A stretch of 64,000 bases of DNA from Eledone cirrhosa. Lineage: Eukaryota. The notes beneath the pieces were generated by a model. The model was given only the letters and a program-made list of their open reading frames with translations, was not told the origin of the DNA and searched no databases. The stretch is from the NCBI GenBank assembly GCA_964016885.1, contig OZ024742.1:121582001-121646000 (forward strand). Direction: 5' to 3'. The translations under genes were made by a program, and so were the position numbers. Below, one piece after another: positions 49,610 to 64,000 of this stretch. How positions within the stretch are numbered: the first letter of the stretch is position 1; each line of letters opens with the position of its first letter.

Positions 49610-50375
49610 TATATATGAACATTATATGTGTTTATATGAATATATATGAACAGTATATGGGTTTGTATGAATATATATGAACAGTATATGTGTGTATATG
49701 AATATATATGAACAGTATATGTGTGTATATGAATATATATGAACATTATATGGGTGTATATGAATATATATGAACATTATATGTGTTTATATGAATATAT
49801 ATGAATAGTATATGTGTTTATATGAATATATATGAACAGTATATGTGTGTATATGAATATATATGAATATTATATGTGTGTATATGAATATATATGAACA
49901 TTATATGGGTGTATATGAATATATATGAACAGTATATATGTTTATATGAATATATATGAATAGTATATGTGTGTATATGAATATATATGAACAGTATATG
50001 TGTGTATATGAATATATATGAACATTATATGTGTGTATATGAATATATATGAATAGTATATGTGTGTATATGAATATATATGAACATTATATGTGTGTAT
50101 ATGAATATATATGAACAGTATATGTGTGTATATGAATATATATGAACAGTATATATGTTTATATGAATATATATGAACAGTATATGTGTTTATATGAATA
50201 TATATGAATAGTATATGTGTGTATATGAATATATATGAACATTATATGTGTGTATATGAATATATATGAATAGTATATGTGTGTATATGAATATATATAA
50301 ACATTATATGTGTGTATATGAATATATATGAACAGTATATGTGTGTATATGAATATATATGAACAGTATATGGGT
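49610..50375. repeat. 31-bp minisatellite (ATATGAATATATATGAACAGTATATGTGTGT)n, with degenerate TATATG-rich flanks over 49480-51120
   Basis: Period of 31 counted directly. Confidence 0.92.
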
Positions 50376-50448
50376 CTACCTGATAAGTATATAAGTGTAT
50401 ATGATTAATACACGAATGTATATGATTAGTATATGATTATATATATAA

Positions 50449-50619
50449 GGGCGGTGGATTGGCAGTATCGGTAGAGAGTCGGACGCCATGCTTTCCAGCA
50501 TAGTTACGTCCCTTTACGGACTGAGTTCAAATCCCGCCGAGGTTAACTTTCGGGGTCGATAAAATAAAATACCAGTAATGTACTGGGTAATTGCTGGCCT
50601 TGTGCCAAAAGTAGAAACA
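50449..50619 (+). mobile_element. SINE family 1 copy with TSD
   Basis: Head, core (with a small deletion) and tail; ATTATATATAAG-like duplication on the flanks. Confidence 0.85.
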
Positions 50620-51684
50620 ATTATATATAAGTGTACGTGGGTGTATATGATAAGTATATGAGTATATGAACAATATATGAGTATATATAATCAGTAGATC
50701 AGTGTATATGCGTATATATGAGTGTATATGAACAACATATGAGCAGAATATGTATGTATATGAGTATATATGATAATTATATAGGCACATATAAGCTGTA
50801 TATGATTTGTATATGAGAGTGTGAGTGTATATGGGTGTATATGATCAGTATATGAGAGCGTATAGGCAGTATATGAGTGTATATGTGTGTATATGAGTGT
50901 ATATGAGTGCATATGGGTGAAAAATGGGTATATATAAGTATATGAGTGTATATGAACAGTATATGAGTGTATATTGGTGTATATGATTAGTATATGAGCT
51001 GTATATAAATGAATATATGAGAGTATATGTGTGTATATGGTTAGTATATGATTATATATGATCAGTATATGAGCAGTATCTGAGCAGCATATGTGTGTAT
51101 ATGAGCAGTATATGATAAAACACCTTCCAATAATGACTATCCTATCTTTTATTCAGTCATACCGTATCGAAGATTATAATACCCAATGCGTCTCACTTTT
51201 TATACGATGTATAGGGTGTCAATAGGGAGAAATTTGACTGTTATTTTTAGCAGATTGAGCGATAGCGCAGGCGTTTTCCTTGTTGGCTAGTACTGTTGAA
51301 TATAGGGCTACTATAGAATATTATAAACTGTATGCTCAATAAATTGCTATGCGATATCGTTTTGTTGTGTATTATATGCGAGAATCTCATAACATATATT
51401 GCTGTAGGTTTTGCATCGATACAGTTTCGTATGCTTCTGAGTGTTATGCTCCATTGTGAAGGATCCAAATGCTGTCACATATTATTGAGTTATGTGGCAT
51501 TCTTTGCTTGACTCGACTCAAATTGGGGACAGTGTTACTGTTTTCAACTTCTATAAAAAAATACCCATCAAATGAATATTGTCATTTTGTCAACTACTAA
51601 TTTCAGAGAGAAAACTAATCCACTGGCAGCATTTCAGTCCTCTAACAACCAGAGATGTTATGTACTGCCTCAAATTAGTCTAAC

Positions 51685-51955
51685 GTCTGTCTCGAGCTCA
51701 ACAGGCCGGCGCTCATCCCGGTTTCAGTGACGTTAAACAACTGAGAATACAAGACTCCTATCTGGACAGGACGTTAGTCCATCGCAAGTTTAACTCCCCA
51801 GCTATTGCTGCTACTCATTTTCAGCTGAGTATACTGAAGCAACGTGAAATGAAGTGTTTTTCTCAAGAACGTAACGCACAATCTAGTCCAGGAATCGAAC
51901 ACACGACATTATGACCGCAAGTTTAACACCCTTATCATTAGGCCACGCACCTCCA
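51685..51955 (-). mobile_element. SINE family 3 copy
   Basis: Reverse complement of 48866-49155. Confidence 0.75.
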
Positions 51956-52036
51956 CCCGCAAATTAGTACATAGAATATAATTTGCCTTTAAATTTCGTT
52001 ATTAAAAAATTACCATATTTCCACAATTATCATATA

Positions 52037-52994
52037 CTAGCAGTGGTACCCGGCGTTGCACGGGATAAGGTATTTTGGAACGCGGACCACCAACAGACCT
52101 AATCGTGGAAAAACTGCATGCCTGGACAATATGTAAAGAAAATAAACCGAATACTCTGATGGCTGGATAATCTTTAAGATTTTCCTCGATGAAGCAGGAA
52201 AAATGCAGGTTTTCACCTAATGCGGGCCCTAGGGGATCAAGAAAATGAATTCTTTTTATGTGCATAATATGCCTTGAAATTTCTGGAAAATCGGCTAGAC
52301 GTAACGCCTCAAAAAAGCCCTAAAAAGCTGAAAAAATGAAGTTTTTCATGTAATGCCATAAAAAAGTTGGATTTTCTTTGCTAGGCCATACAAAATTTGG
52401 ATTTTCTTTGCTCACGGTATGAAGAAAAGACTGACTAATACATAGTTACAATTTCAAGGAAATCGGTCTGACGTAACGCCTCAAAAAACCAATAAAAACC
52501 TGAAAAAAAACGCAATTTCTCATTTAATGCGAGCCCTAGGAGATAAAAAAAATTGAATTATTTTATGTGCATAACACTCCCTGAAACATATGTAATACAC
52601 ATGTAAAGCTTGAAAAAAATCGGTTGGGTACTTCTCGGGTTTTAGGGATTCAAACTCACAGACACACACACACACACACACAGACAGACATCCTCAGGGA
52701 AGTGACGTAATGCAGACATACAGACATACAGACAGATATTATAAGGGCGCGATGTTATATGTATGTATCTATCTAAAAAGAGAAAGACTAAGAGTTAAAG
52801 AGCGAGATCGCTAAATCGCCTAATGCGGTCTCTAGGGCATTGACAATTTTAAATTTCTTTTTGCTCAGAACACTCCCTCGAACATAAGTATTACATGTGT
52901 AAAGTTTGAAAACAGTCAGTCTGGTGGTTCTCGAGTTTTAAGGATTCGAACTCACACACACACAGACAGACATCCTCAGTTTTATATATATAGA
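52037..52994 (-). mobile_element. Non-autonomous Helitron with both ends
   Basis: Minus strand: A|TCTATATATATAAAACTGAGGATGTCTGTCTG ... CCCGTGCAACGCCGGG hairpin, TACCACTG, CTAG|T. Inserted at an AT site; contains internal duplications. Confidence 0.85.
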
Positions 52995-53166
52995 TATTGA
53001 CTAGTGAGCTCGTAATTAGCTTTGAATGTTAATAGTGAAAGGCTTGTAACCTGTTGCTAACAAACATCACGATATGTTCTTGGAAAGTAATTTATATGGC
53101 CCCATATACCTAATTAAATATGTACAGTAGGTTTGGAATAATTCAAGGCTGTATGTAGTAAAAAAC

Positions 53167-53870
53167 ATGTCTTCCTGTTGTGTCATACAAATCATCATGT
53201 CCCAACAAGAAAACGAAACGATTACGGAGTTGTGCCCTGTAGTGGGTACTGAGAGAAAGGCTTTGCTACTAGTAGTTCACAAAAGAGAGCCCAACTGCTA
53301 CACATATGACAATATAGGTGAAATAAGCGCCTTCTCTCAAGAAGAGCAAGAGACACTAATAGGTAGCCTAGACATGATATTAAAAACAAGAACAAAAACA
53401 AAACTTTAGAACAAACGATTAGAACAAATTACGAAAAAGATTTCAGGACGTGAGCCAAATTTACTTGGGTGCTCAGACCCCTCAAATTGCCCAGAGACAT
53501 ATTTTAGAAAGATCAAATACGTGAACTATGAGATAAGTAAAAAAACCGCTTCCACTTTGCACCGGCCTTCGTCAAGACCTCTGGTGTCATTGGTGCCTGC
53601 GCAGCTGATTTCCTTCGTAAAGTCGGAAAAACAACAACAACAGCAAGTACAAGGAAAAAAAAGGGAGAATAACAATGACAGCATCAGCAACAGCAACACC
53701 ACCACAGCAACACCAACACCACCACTGCAAACACCAGTGCCCCGACGTAAAACACAACAGCCAACGACACCGGCAACACCAATTATAGAAGCAACAGTAC
53801 CAGCACCAGCAACAGCAGCAGCTAAATCACCACCAGCAACAATCAAGGCAGAACCAACCTAATAGGAAAA
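53167..53870 (+). pseudogene. Possible decayed LINE ORF1/gag-like remnant with a Q/T/P-rich tail
   Basis: Broken frames, traces of a Cys/His cluster near 53560-53610, and a low-complexity tail. No diagnostic motif is intact. Confidence 0.3.
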
Positions 53871-53940
53871 CGAGGAAAGCTCTCTCATTCCATCCCCGAA
53901 AACAATACACACATAAACACACAGACAAATACACAAACAT

Positions 53941-54108
53941 CAGAAAATAATACAGAAAATAATACAGAAAATAATACAGAAAATAATACAGAAATTAATA
54001 CAGAAAATAATACAGAAAATAATACAGAAAATAATACAGAAAATAATACAGAAAATAATAGAGAAAATAATACAGAAAATAATAGAGAAAATAATAGAGA
54101 AAATAATA
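53941..54108. repeat. 12-bp tandem repeat (CAGAAAATAATA)n
   Basis: Seen directly, about 14 units. Confidence 0.95.
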
Positions 54109-54319
54109 CTTCTAGCAGCGAAGATCAGGAACAATCAAAGAAGTAAAAAAACAAAACAAAAACAAAGCCCAAACAGAACAAAAAGAAAACAGCAAACACC
54201 CCACACATACAAATAACTGAAATCGCAGACACCACACTCACAACAAACACATACATCTACAAAAAAACACCAACACCAATCCCACCATAATCACCCAAAT
54301 GCAAGCGCAACCACAACAT

Positions 54320-55000
54320 TGTTGGCCTTGTGCCTAAATCAGAAACCATTGGCAGTCGGGCGCCATGGTTTGCAACCTAAAGTTACGACCCTTTACGATC
54401 TGAGTTCAAATCCCACCGAGGTTAACTTTGCCTTTCATCCTTACGGGGTCGATAAAATAAAGCACCAGTAACGTACTGGGGTCGATTTTCACATTTCGAA
54501 AACTGCTGGCCTTGTGCCTATATAATAAACCACTATTATTATTGCTATAGGGTGGTAGATTGGCAGAATCGGTAGAGCGTCAGACACCATGCTTTCTAGC
54601 ATAGTTACGTCCCTTTACAGTCTGAGTTCAAATCCCGCCGAGGTTAACTTTGCCTTTCATCCTTACGGGGTCGATAAAATAAAGTACCAGTAATGTACTG
54701 GGTAATTGCTGGCCTTGTGCCTAAAGTAGAAACAATTATTATTGCTATTATTCTTGCTTGTTGTAGAGCATTGGATTGACAATATCAGTAGAGCATTGGA
54801 CGAAATATCATACTTTGCGTTATATAGTTACGACGTTCTTCGTTCTGAGTTCAAATCTCGTCGGAGCTAACTTTGCCTTTCATCCTTCCGGGGGGGGGGG
54901 GGGGTAGATAAAATAAAGTACCGGTTAAGTACTGTGGTGGAAATAACCGACTTTCCCCTTCCAACAAATTGCTGGCCTTGTGCCAATGTTCTAAATAATA
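54320..55000 (+). mobile_element. Tandem cluster of three SINE family 1 copies
   Basis: Core at ~54420, 54640 and 54865. The middle copy has an ATTATTATTGCTAT duplication. Confidence 0.85.
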
Positions 55001-58000
55001 ATTTGCTGTTGTTGTAGTTGTTTTTGTTATTGCTGTTGATTATTATGACGTTATTACTTATTCCCATAAGCTATCAATTGGTTGTATCATATGAAACACG
55101 AAGAGGTATCTTCTCTGATCATTCTGTCATCTAAACTTCGTTCTCCAAACTCCTCTGGGCAGGTTATTTTAGATGCCACTTCCTATCATTCGGTTATTGA
55201 TTCATTCATTATTGATCCGCATCAAACCTCACTATCCTCTCTGCTTGATATCATGAAACCATTTTAAACAGAGAATCTAATTGTATAAAGATATATGATT
55301 TCAAATCACTAGAATTAATCACATCGTCTCGCTACACGGTCATCTTTCTTTCTCATATCACATTAACGAATAATTCCGTTCCCAAATGATATATTTCCAT
55401 GGCATGATTCTTGCATAGGCATTTATTTCAGGATAAATTTTAAAGGCTTTGATTTAAAGTATTTTTCGTTGTTGTAGTTGTTTTAACTTCTTTCAGACTG
55501 AAGATATTCAAAATAATAACAATAATAATAATAGTTAAAAAAGAAGGAAAGAATCAAAATAAATGAATCGGAAGCTGAGAAATCGAAGATAAAGACGAAA
55601 ACAGGATAAGCGCATTTCTAAAATATCATTTCTCATTGGATTTGAAACAAATCTGTTCAGAATCTTTCATGGGCAGATAATTGTTGATATGAGCTTGTCT
55701 GGCATAGATCGCCGGAGAAGAAATCGTAAAGTTTTGACGACTTAAGTTGAATCAAGTGTCTAATGCTGTCTCGATGCATGGCTGGAGTCATTTGATATTA
55801 CTTTTATGGACAATAAGAGAAGAAAGCAAAGAAATCTTTTACGGGTGTCTCCAAGAATGGTGGGGAAAAGGGACCGAGAAACCACAATACATGGTTTGTT
55901 GCAGTGGGAAACAACGTATGGTGATATTAATTTGTTTTCAGCTCGAACATCTGGTCCCAATATTTATATCAAAGGGAACTCAGCTGAAGCCATTCAGGGG
56001 CCAGATCATGGCTTTAAACGGTGGGACACATAATACTTACCATTCAACTTCGTAGAGCAAGGGGAATATATATTATGGAATCTATTATTGAACAGAGGTA
56101 TTTTTTTTAGGAACGATCGACAAGATCCCAGACCTCATTCACTTACTGAGTGGGGTGGAACTTCCAAACAGTGTTTCCATTGGATTTTCCATTGCTGATA
56201 CAATCTAGTGGTTGCAACCCCTGGCAGAAGAAGCAACGTGTAATAAAGTGTCTTGCTCAAGGATATAACGCATTGCTCGATCCGGGAATCGAATTCGTAA
56301 CCAATTCCAGAACCAGTAAGTCATGTGCCTTCACAAGAGGGTTATATAATGATGATTATATCATAAAAAAAGGATTTAAATAATAAACAGGAAGAGAGTA
56401 TAAAAGAAAGAAAATTGGGAAGTGAGGGGCAAATCCTACATGCTTGGTTCAACACTATATCTCAACAGCGCCTCACAGACAACATGGCGAAATCATTGTC
56501 ACGGTGAACAACCAGCGGCACTTGTTGCATCAGCCATTCCACTTCACGGGCTCCTTCTTCAGGTGGAATTCCTCCCTATTCTACGGAGGTAAATGGCAAT
56601 TATAGACCGAAGGACACCAGATGTAACGACGGCTATCGGCACGAATAGGAAGCGCTCGATCAAATTCTGGTATTTTGGTATTTTCTGTCACTCTGCATTA
56701 CACGCGACAGTGTCCGGATTTGTGGCCGAAAGGACAAGGTTGGAACTGGAAAAAGTATCGTAACATGCGGTGCCTCAGATGAGTGGTTTACGCCTCTTAA
56801 ACGCATAAAGTGTTATCCCAACTTGACGCTTATTGTCCCCTAGGTCGATATTGACAGGTTCCAGTTGTGATGGGAAACCGCCGCATCAAGGTTCTCTTTT
56901 ATAACATCAACTTTCTATTTCACACTTTGGGTAATGAGCGAATGGATACGATCGCGAATACAAGCGGCCGAAATCGGATTCCTCCGGGGGTCTTTGGAGT
57001 AATGTTACTCGATAAAGTGTGTAACTTGGACTTCAAAGAGCCGTCTAAGGAGGAGCCATTACTTATCCGAATTGAGAGACATCAGCTCCTATATTACGGA
57101 CGAATGCCCCAGGAAAGTATCACTACAGATTTTACCAACTGACAGGAGACCCAGGGATAGGCCCTAAGCAAGATAGTTGGATAACATTCATGAGCTCGGC
57201 TGGTTTTGCTAAGGGATCCATCTCGATCAGTTAGAGACGGTTTATGACTCTGCTCCCTTGACTCGCTTCGGAATAAGTGGGAGAAGGAAAAGAATAAGAG
57301 GTTTCGTTGTATGATTATTTTTGTATCCATTAATGTTCTGATCAGGAAGTTACAGAAAAGAAAAATAGACATTTGTTTAACTGTTCATTGATTCATTGCA
57401 AATGAGGAACAAACGGTCAAGGTAAGAGAAAACAGAAAACCAACCAAGATGTCGACAGTTCATATCCTGTCCCTACCCACCAATTCGTAGTTTTCCAGTA
57501 TAAAATCACCCACATCATGCACCGGTAAAGAGGGCATGTTGCACCAAGGTTGAAACAAAGTCTGCGCCGTAAGTGACGGTAGAATCTTGATGTGCCCTAT
57601 ACAAAGATTTTTCAAGATGGTCGGTCATAATCAATGAGCTCGGCTGGTCTCATTTGGGGATCTAGCCGGATTAATTGGAGTCGATTGCTTCTGACAGGAA
57701 CCATTAGAAGGAGTGGTTGAGGATTATTCTTTCCCAGCCCTCTCAGGAATAAGTGGAAAAGAAGAAAAAGACAAAGAAGAAGAAGGTCTCACCTTGACGG
57801 TGATAGAGCCGGCTGCTTTTCCAATAGTTCATTCCTCTAATCGACTCTGTCCTCATTCAATACATGATTCGTATAAAAGTGGGAAATACAAAGTAAGCTG
57901 TTTGTCACGTTTTCATATCACAGCTATTAATATTTATATTATCATATGAGAAGTAATATCAATGTACTATTGCTCAAACAAATATCATGAGAATTGAAGA

Positions 58001-58084
58001 AGAAAGAAAGAAAGAATTAATGAGAGAATTTTAGAGAGACAAATAGGGATATATAGAAAGAGAAAGAACGAGAGACAATAAGGG

Positions 58085-58232
<148 letters not shown>

Positions 58233-59414
58233 AATGGTAAGTTACTGTGTCTAGACATGTACTACTTTTCCGATATAATTTCGGTACGTGGACAGATAAG
58301 CTATACTACATTTATAAACAACATACCTACGCTATATAGCTTCTTAGAAGAATTAACATTTGGATATCTTCTTTTAATGGTAGCAATAACTCTTTCCACT
58401 CGACCATTATTTATCTCTTTTATCTGCAATTTGTCTTTTTCCAAATTGCCCCGCAAAGTCTGTTATTTCTTTGGATTTATTCCATACTTTCACTGCTTTA
58501 ACTGTGTCTTTCTTGTAAGACGAGACACAAACTAGTTCTGTTATACAAATCATCTACAACGGCAATAATATATTGCTTCTATATACCAAAAATTAATGAT
58601 ATACTTTCCATTTTCTTCTATAACATCACAGAAGTTTTAGTTAAGGTTTCAGAAATTGTCTTATGAAAACCATTTTGTGACCATCAAAAAAGAAACAAAA
58701 AACAACAATACATCAACATCAATGACAAGATAATATCATCAGGAAAAGAAGCAAGTATAGTTACAACAATAAGAATTATAATGGTTTTCCGGTTTTATAT
58801 GCTATCAAGTGCTATTCATTCATATAACAATACATATACAATGGTATGACAAAATATGTAGGCCTAAACAAAAGAAAGTAATATAAATAGTAGAGGTATA
58901 AAGACAGTATACAATATATTAAGATAATATTATTGTTTTAAATAACACAATAAAATTAAATGAAAAGTATATATTATGACCCGTGCACATAAATTAGAGC
59001 GCATTTTCTTCTTGTTTATATCCTCACCATCTGTGCGTGCATGTGTGTGTCTAATATATATATATATATATAGATAATTTAATATATCTACTAACATAAG
59101 CGCACAGATGTACGCCAATGCCAGCAAATACACAAGTTATGTCATAGTACCTAGGTGGTTCAATGCAGGAGGATGCAGAACAATAATATAAAAGACGTAA
59201 AATAAGAAAAAAAAAAAAAAAAATTTTTTTTAAATTAACTTACTTACTTAAATTTTCACTCTTTTATATATATATATATATATAAAGAAAAAGAGATGAA
59301 ATCGAAAATGCAACTGAAGTCTTATTTAAAAAAAAAATATATATATTTATTTGGTTCCTTTACCGGTTTCGCAGTTCTTCTGCTTTTCAAAAGGTGAGTT
59401 GAGATGGAGGGTCG

Positions 59415-59578
59415 ATGTATTTTATTATACGCATTTCAAAAACAAATATCATCATGAAATGACATTTAAATATGTTGATTTAAATATGACATATAAATAT
59501 GTTGATTTAAAACTGCACTATTCACAGGTGTCATCTCATGATGATATTTGTTTTTGAAATGCGCATAATAAAATACAT
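59415..59578. mobile_element. Fold-back / MITE-like element with ~50-bp inverted arms
   Basis: ATGTATTTTATTATACGCATTTCAAAAACAAATATCATCATGAAATGACA versus TGTCATCTCATGATGATATTTGTTTTTGAAATGCGCATAATAAAATACAT. Confidence 0.75.
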
Positions 59579-59631
59579 GGAACTCTTTTAACCATCTTTT
59601 GATCTTATATTATATATATATACACACACAC

Positions 59632-59766
<135 letters not shown>

Positions 59767-59776
59767 AGTAAGTAAG

Positions 59777-59871
59777 ACCCCGACGGCTGAGCTCAAGCCG
59801 TTTCGACGGCTAATTCTGTACTGAATGAAAAATCAGTTCTGGTATTTAAATAGCCGAACTTGTCAAGGGGC
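59777..59871 (-). ncRNA. Full-size type I hammerhead with a mutated core
   Basis: Minus strand: GCCCC-TTGACAA-GTTCGGCTA...TAGCCGTC-GAAAC-GGCT-TGAGCTC-AGCC-GTC-GGGGT. All three stems can form; the core differs from CTGACGA at two positions. Confidence 0.6.
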
Positions 59872-60199
59872 AATTCCATATATGGTCAAAGAGATAATCA
59901 CCAGGATTGGTCATCCCACAAGGTAGTAGTAATTCTGCGATGGCAAGATGGTGGGGGAGGTAGCCAAACCTGCCAGTAGGAGAAAAGGGGAGAGGGGGCG
60001 GAGTAGACCCATTCATGCGTTGGTGGTGCCAGCTACAGCTGGGTGTGAGGTCAAAGAGGACGCCGGGGAGAGGGAGGGGGAGGAGGTCAAAACTGTAAGT
60101 AGAACGATGAAAATGTAAAACTGTAAAAGGTACTGAGAGAGAAAAGAAATATAAGCAGAATCTGGTTACTAAGACTTAATTCTCTCGCTATTGCTAGGC

Positions 60200-60505
60200 T
60201 GAAGAAATACATAAATAAGTAAATAAGAAATACATAAATAATATTCCACATAAGTAAATAAGAAATACAAAAATAAAAAATAATATTCCACATAAGTAAA
60301 TAAGAAATACATAAAGAATATTCCACATAAGTAAATAAGAAATACATGAATAATATTCCACATAAGTAAATAAGAAATACATAAGTAATATTCCACATAA
60401 GTAAATAAGAAATACGTAAATAATATTCCACATAAGTAAATAAGAAATACATAGGTAATATTCCACATAAGTAAATAAGAAATACGTAAATAATATTCCA
60501 CAAGA
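60200..60505. repeat. 35-bp minisatellite (inverted copy at ~61955-62255)
   Basis: Unit ATATTCCACATAAGTAAATAAGAAATACATAAGTA; period of 35 counted directly. Confidence 0.92.
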
Positions 60506-60563
60506 AAAACATAAATGAGTAAATAAACAAATAAGTGAGTAAAAGGATGGATAGATAGATTTA

Positions 60564-60615
<52 letters not shown>

Positions 60616-61699
60616 GTAGAATAAAAAGAATAAGAAAACAAATGATAATGATAGAAAAAAAACCTAGGTGTGACGGAGATAAAGGGACCCTTATGCGGGG
60701 TATAAGTGCGTGTATCGTACGGTGACGGGTCAACAGAGGGGGGGGGTCGGAATACTACAGAGACCACCACGAAAAAAAAAAAAAAAAATAACGGTTTCTA
60801 CCCCAAACACCGGGCCAGCAACCACCCAGTGCAAGAAAGTAGACTAGTACGAGAATATAATTCAGGGTCCCGCAAAAAAATACTGGTGCTAACTCTAAGG
60901 GTACCGCCACGAAACAAAATGTCTTATACAAGCTACATGAAAAGTCGTACGAATTAAACATAAAGAACGGAAAATTAATACAGGAAAAAGGGAGAAAAGG
61001 GAAAAAGGGAAAAAGAAGAAAGAGATACTGGATCGATAAAAAAAAGGTGTAAAAGAAGATCTTACGTTTCCATAGGCAAGCAGGGGTTACCCATTACAAA
61101 ATAGGCAAGTGGGGTGTTATAGGCCACCCCCGGGTCATTATGGGGTTTGAGGGCGAGGTAAGTCCTACGTAATCGGTGTTTACATGCAGTAACCAGTTCA
61201 TCTTTCTTGTTAAGGAGTTGGTCCGTCGAAAACAGCATTTGTAATGTTTCCTCCGAGCATAAATTGCACGGACGGCGTCCTCCCGTGTAGGAGTTGGCTC
61301 TGGATAGTAATTTCCAAGTGAGCTCATAGTTGATGTTGTTGTCCTTGAGGTCCCATATGTGGCCCGAAAGTGTAGTGGCGTGACGCCGGGCCGGGTTTCG
61401 GAAGGTATGTCTGTGTTGGTATAGCCGGGTCTTGAAGTCGCATGCGGTCAATCCTATATAAGCTTTGTTGGAGGTGTCCGTGCTCACGTGGTGGTCTCTG
61501 TAGTATTCCGACCCCCCCCCCCCCTCTGTTGACCCGTCACCGTACGATACACGCACTTATACCCCGCATAAGGGTCCCTTTATCTCCGCCACACCTAGGT
61601 TTTTTTTCTATCATTATCATTTGTTTTCTTATTCTTTTTATTCTACATTATATATATATATATAATGTATTATATATATATAATGTATTATATATATAT

Positions 61700-61802
61700 A
61701 ATCCCGCCGAGGTTGACTTTGCCTTTCATCCTTACGGGGTCGATAAAATAAAGTACCAGTAATGCACTGGAAAATTGCTGGCCTTGTGCCTAAAGTAGAA
61801 AC

Positions 61803-61803
<1 letters not shown>
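61700..61803 (+). mobile_element. 5'-truncated SINE family 1 copy within the (TA)n of the inverted arm
   Basis: Core and tail present; absent from the mirror arm at ~60600. Confidence 0.85.
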
Positions 61804-61897
<94 letters not shown>

Positions 61898-62582
61898 TCT
61901 ATCTATCCATCCTTTTACTCACTTATTTGTTTATTTACTCATTTATGTTTTTCTTGTGGAATATTATTTACGTATTTCTTATTTACTTATGTGGAATATT
62001 ACCTATGTATTTCTTATTTACTTATGTGGAATATTATTTACGTATTTCTTATTTACTTATGTGGAATATTACTTATGTATTTCTTATTTACTTATGTTGA
62101 ATATTATTCATGTATTTCTTATTTACTTATGTGGAATATTCTTTATGTATTTCTTATTTACTTATGTGGAATATTATTTTTTATTTTTGTATTTCTTATT
62201 TACTTATGTGGAATATTATTTATGTATTTCTTATTTACTTATTTATGTATTTCTTCAGCCTAGCAATAGCGAGAGAATTAAGTCTTAGTAACCAGATTCT
62301 GCTTATATTTCTTTTCTCTCTCAGTACCTTTTACAGTTTTACATGTTCATCGTTCTACTTACCGTTTTGACCTCCTCCCCCTCCCCCTCCCCGGCGTCCT
62401 CTTTGACCTCACACCCAGCCGTAGCTGGCACCACCAACGCATGAATGGGTCTACTCCGCCCCTCTCCCCTTTTCTCCTACTGGCAGGTTTGGCTACCTCC
62501 CTCACCAACTTGCCATCGCAGAATTACTACTAAGAGGGTATAAAGTCTAAGTATATGCAGTTTGTCAGTTGGTAGTAAGAGG

Positions 62583-64000
62583 TTAAGTGTTCGATTTGTA
62601 GTGCGAACATTTCTCTTTGAGTCTATGGTTACAATAAATTGATCTCTCAATTTTATTGTTGAGTAACCTATTCTTCGAACTTAAGATGTGGAACAGCTCA
62701 ACGTTGCATACTCGACAGCTTCTCATACCACTCCGATATGGGGCGCGTTTGATAATTTTTTCCACTCAGGGTGTATTGATGGTTACTTTCCCTCAGTTGC
62801 CAGGTCTTGTTTGCAAGGGTAGTTACATAACGGTGCTGGGAATGTTTCATTGCGTAACGGTGTGTATACCAACGAGCTTTAAAAGTATTCCAAGTCGCTC
62901 CGATGTAATACCATTTCTGGTTGTCTGATTCCACTGTGCATTGGTAAACCAGGTTAGACTGCATACATTCATTTTGTAATGGACAAGTTTCAGGTAGGTG
63001 GCAGTTGCATTTCTTGTTATGGGCAACGTTGGCATTATTTGTGGGCTGCGATGCCTGAACAAGTGTGTTACGTTTTGTTTGTCTATTAGCGGGTGGTTGT
63101 GTATTAGATATTCTGTTGTGTTCGGTGGTAATTGTATTGTTATTGTTGTAAATTTGTGTTTTGCTGTTGTTATGTATCTTTTTAGCGTTAAGCATCTTAA
63201 TGTGTGCTTCTATATTTGGTGCCGTGGAGTAGGATAGTCTAATAGATTTAGTGTTAAGGATTTTTCTGTATCTATGTGAATCCGGAAAGTGCCTATTTAT
63301 TATTCTAAAGAAAGTAGAGGGTAGGTTAGTACTAATAGAGATGTTAAATATGGGGTTATACCAAATATATTTTCTACTGCGTGACTTGTTTGATTTCGAT
63401 GTTGTACTTCTATTTGCCGTATACTTTGCGGTTCTATGCGTAAATGTGTGTATGCGTGTGTTTCTGGAGTTTGTGTTATGCGTGTTCGTGTGTGCTTCAC
63501 AGAGGCTTTCATCTATATATTCTACTCTATCTAAGTGGCCTGCCTTGTCTAATGCGGTATTGTAGTATTCTGCATGTTCTTCGAAGATTTGCCGGTTAGA
63601 TCAGAGGCGGGAGATCCTAAGGGATATGCTGCATGGAATGGATTTAATTATTGATAGTGGGTGGTTTGAGTTACAGTTGATGTATGCTAAGTTTTCATTA
63701 ATCTTGTGAAAAGGTCTTATAAGTCCCGTATTTAGGTTAAGCGTCACATCTAGAAAGTTAACTGTTTTAGTGCTATACTCGTACGTTATGCTAAGGTCTA
63801 GTTTTCCGAGAGTCTTTCTAATATTCTTACGGAGTCTTTCTATGCTCTGGTTATTTAGGTTCTTAACTAGGAGAATGGCGTCGTCTCTGTAGATTACACC
63901 GTGAAGGTCGCTAAACTCGCTTTGTAAACTATGGGCTATGTAAATACCTACTAAGTCTGTGACTTGAGCCGAGTCGTTAGCCCCCATCGTGATGTCAAAG
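62583..64000 (-). pseudogene. PLE RT + GIY-YIG (second clade), disrupted, continuing beyond the window
   Basis: MGANDSAQVTDLVG, YRDDAI, VNFLDVTLNL, SNHP..I.KSIP; then CNC....CPL...C....LVYQC...YYIGAT..TFKARW..H and C.VC..E...LLN...E....C.H. Stops and frameshifts present. Confidence 0.9.

Noticed and set aside
49610-50375. 31-bp array (and the 35-bp arrays at 60.2 and 62.0 kb) as CRISPR arrays
   Set aside because: They are head-to-tail units with no unique spacers, there are no cas genes, and the context is eukaryotic.
55700-56860. GC-richer stretch with short ORFs
   Set aside because: No recognisable motif or splice structure; probably old TE debris that cannot be classified by eye.

Overview
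AT-rich, microsatellite-dense eukaryotic DNA with no recognisable intact host gene. It is most likely from an octopod cephalopod, inferred from abundant tRNA-derived SINE families resembling those of Octopus. The window is mostly nested mobile elements. These are a ~7.3-kb Naiad-type Penelope-like retroelement (PLE) with a ~3-kb inverted arm (23135-30478), apparently inside a Helitron; two PLEs of a different clade at the right end; four Tx1/L1-type LINE copies; an R4/Dong LINE; CRE, RTE and CR1 fragments; a hAT transposon with both termini; a non-autonomous Helitron; MITEs; and many SINEs. Most long ORFs in the track are TE fragments or microsatellite artefacts. The most notable signal is a set of hammerhead-ribozyme (HHR) motifs read by eye in PLE termini and in small non-coding modules lodged in (TA)n tracts (36.8-39.4 kb). 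One is a ~530-bp palindromic, non-coding mini-PLE with an intact-looking minimal HHR on each strand. A few minus-strand splice-site-bounded segments may be exons of a host gene, but this is weak. All calls were made by eye, without searches or folding software.
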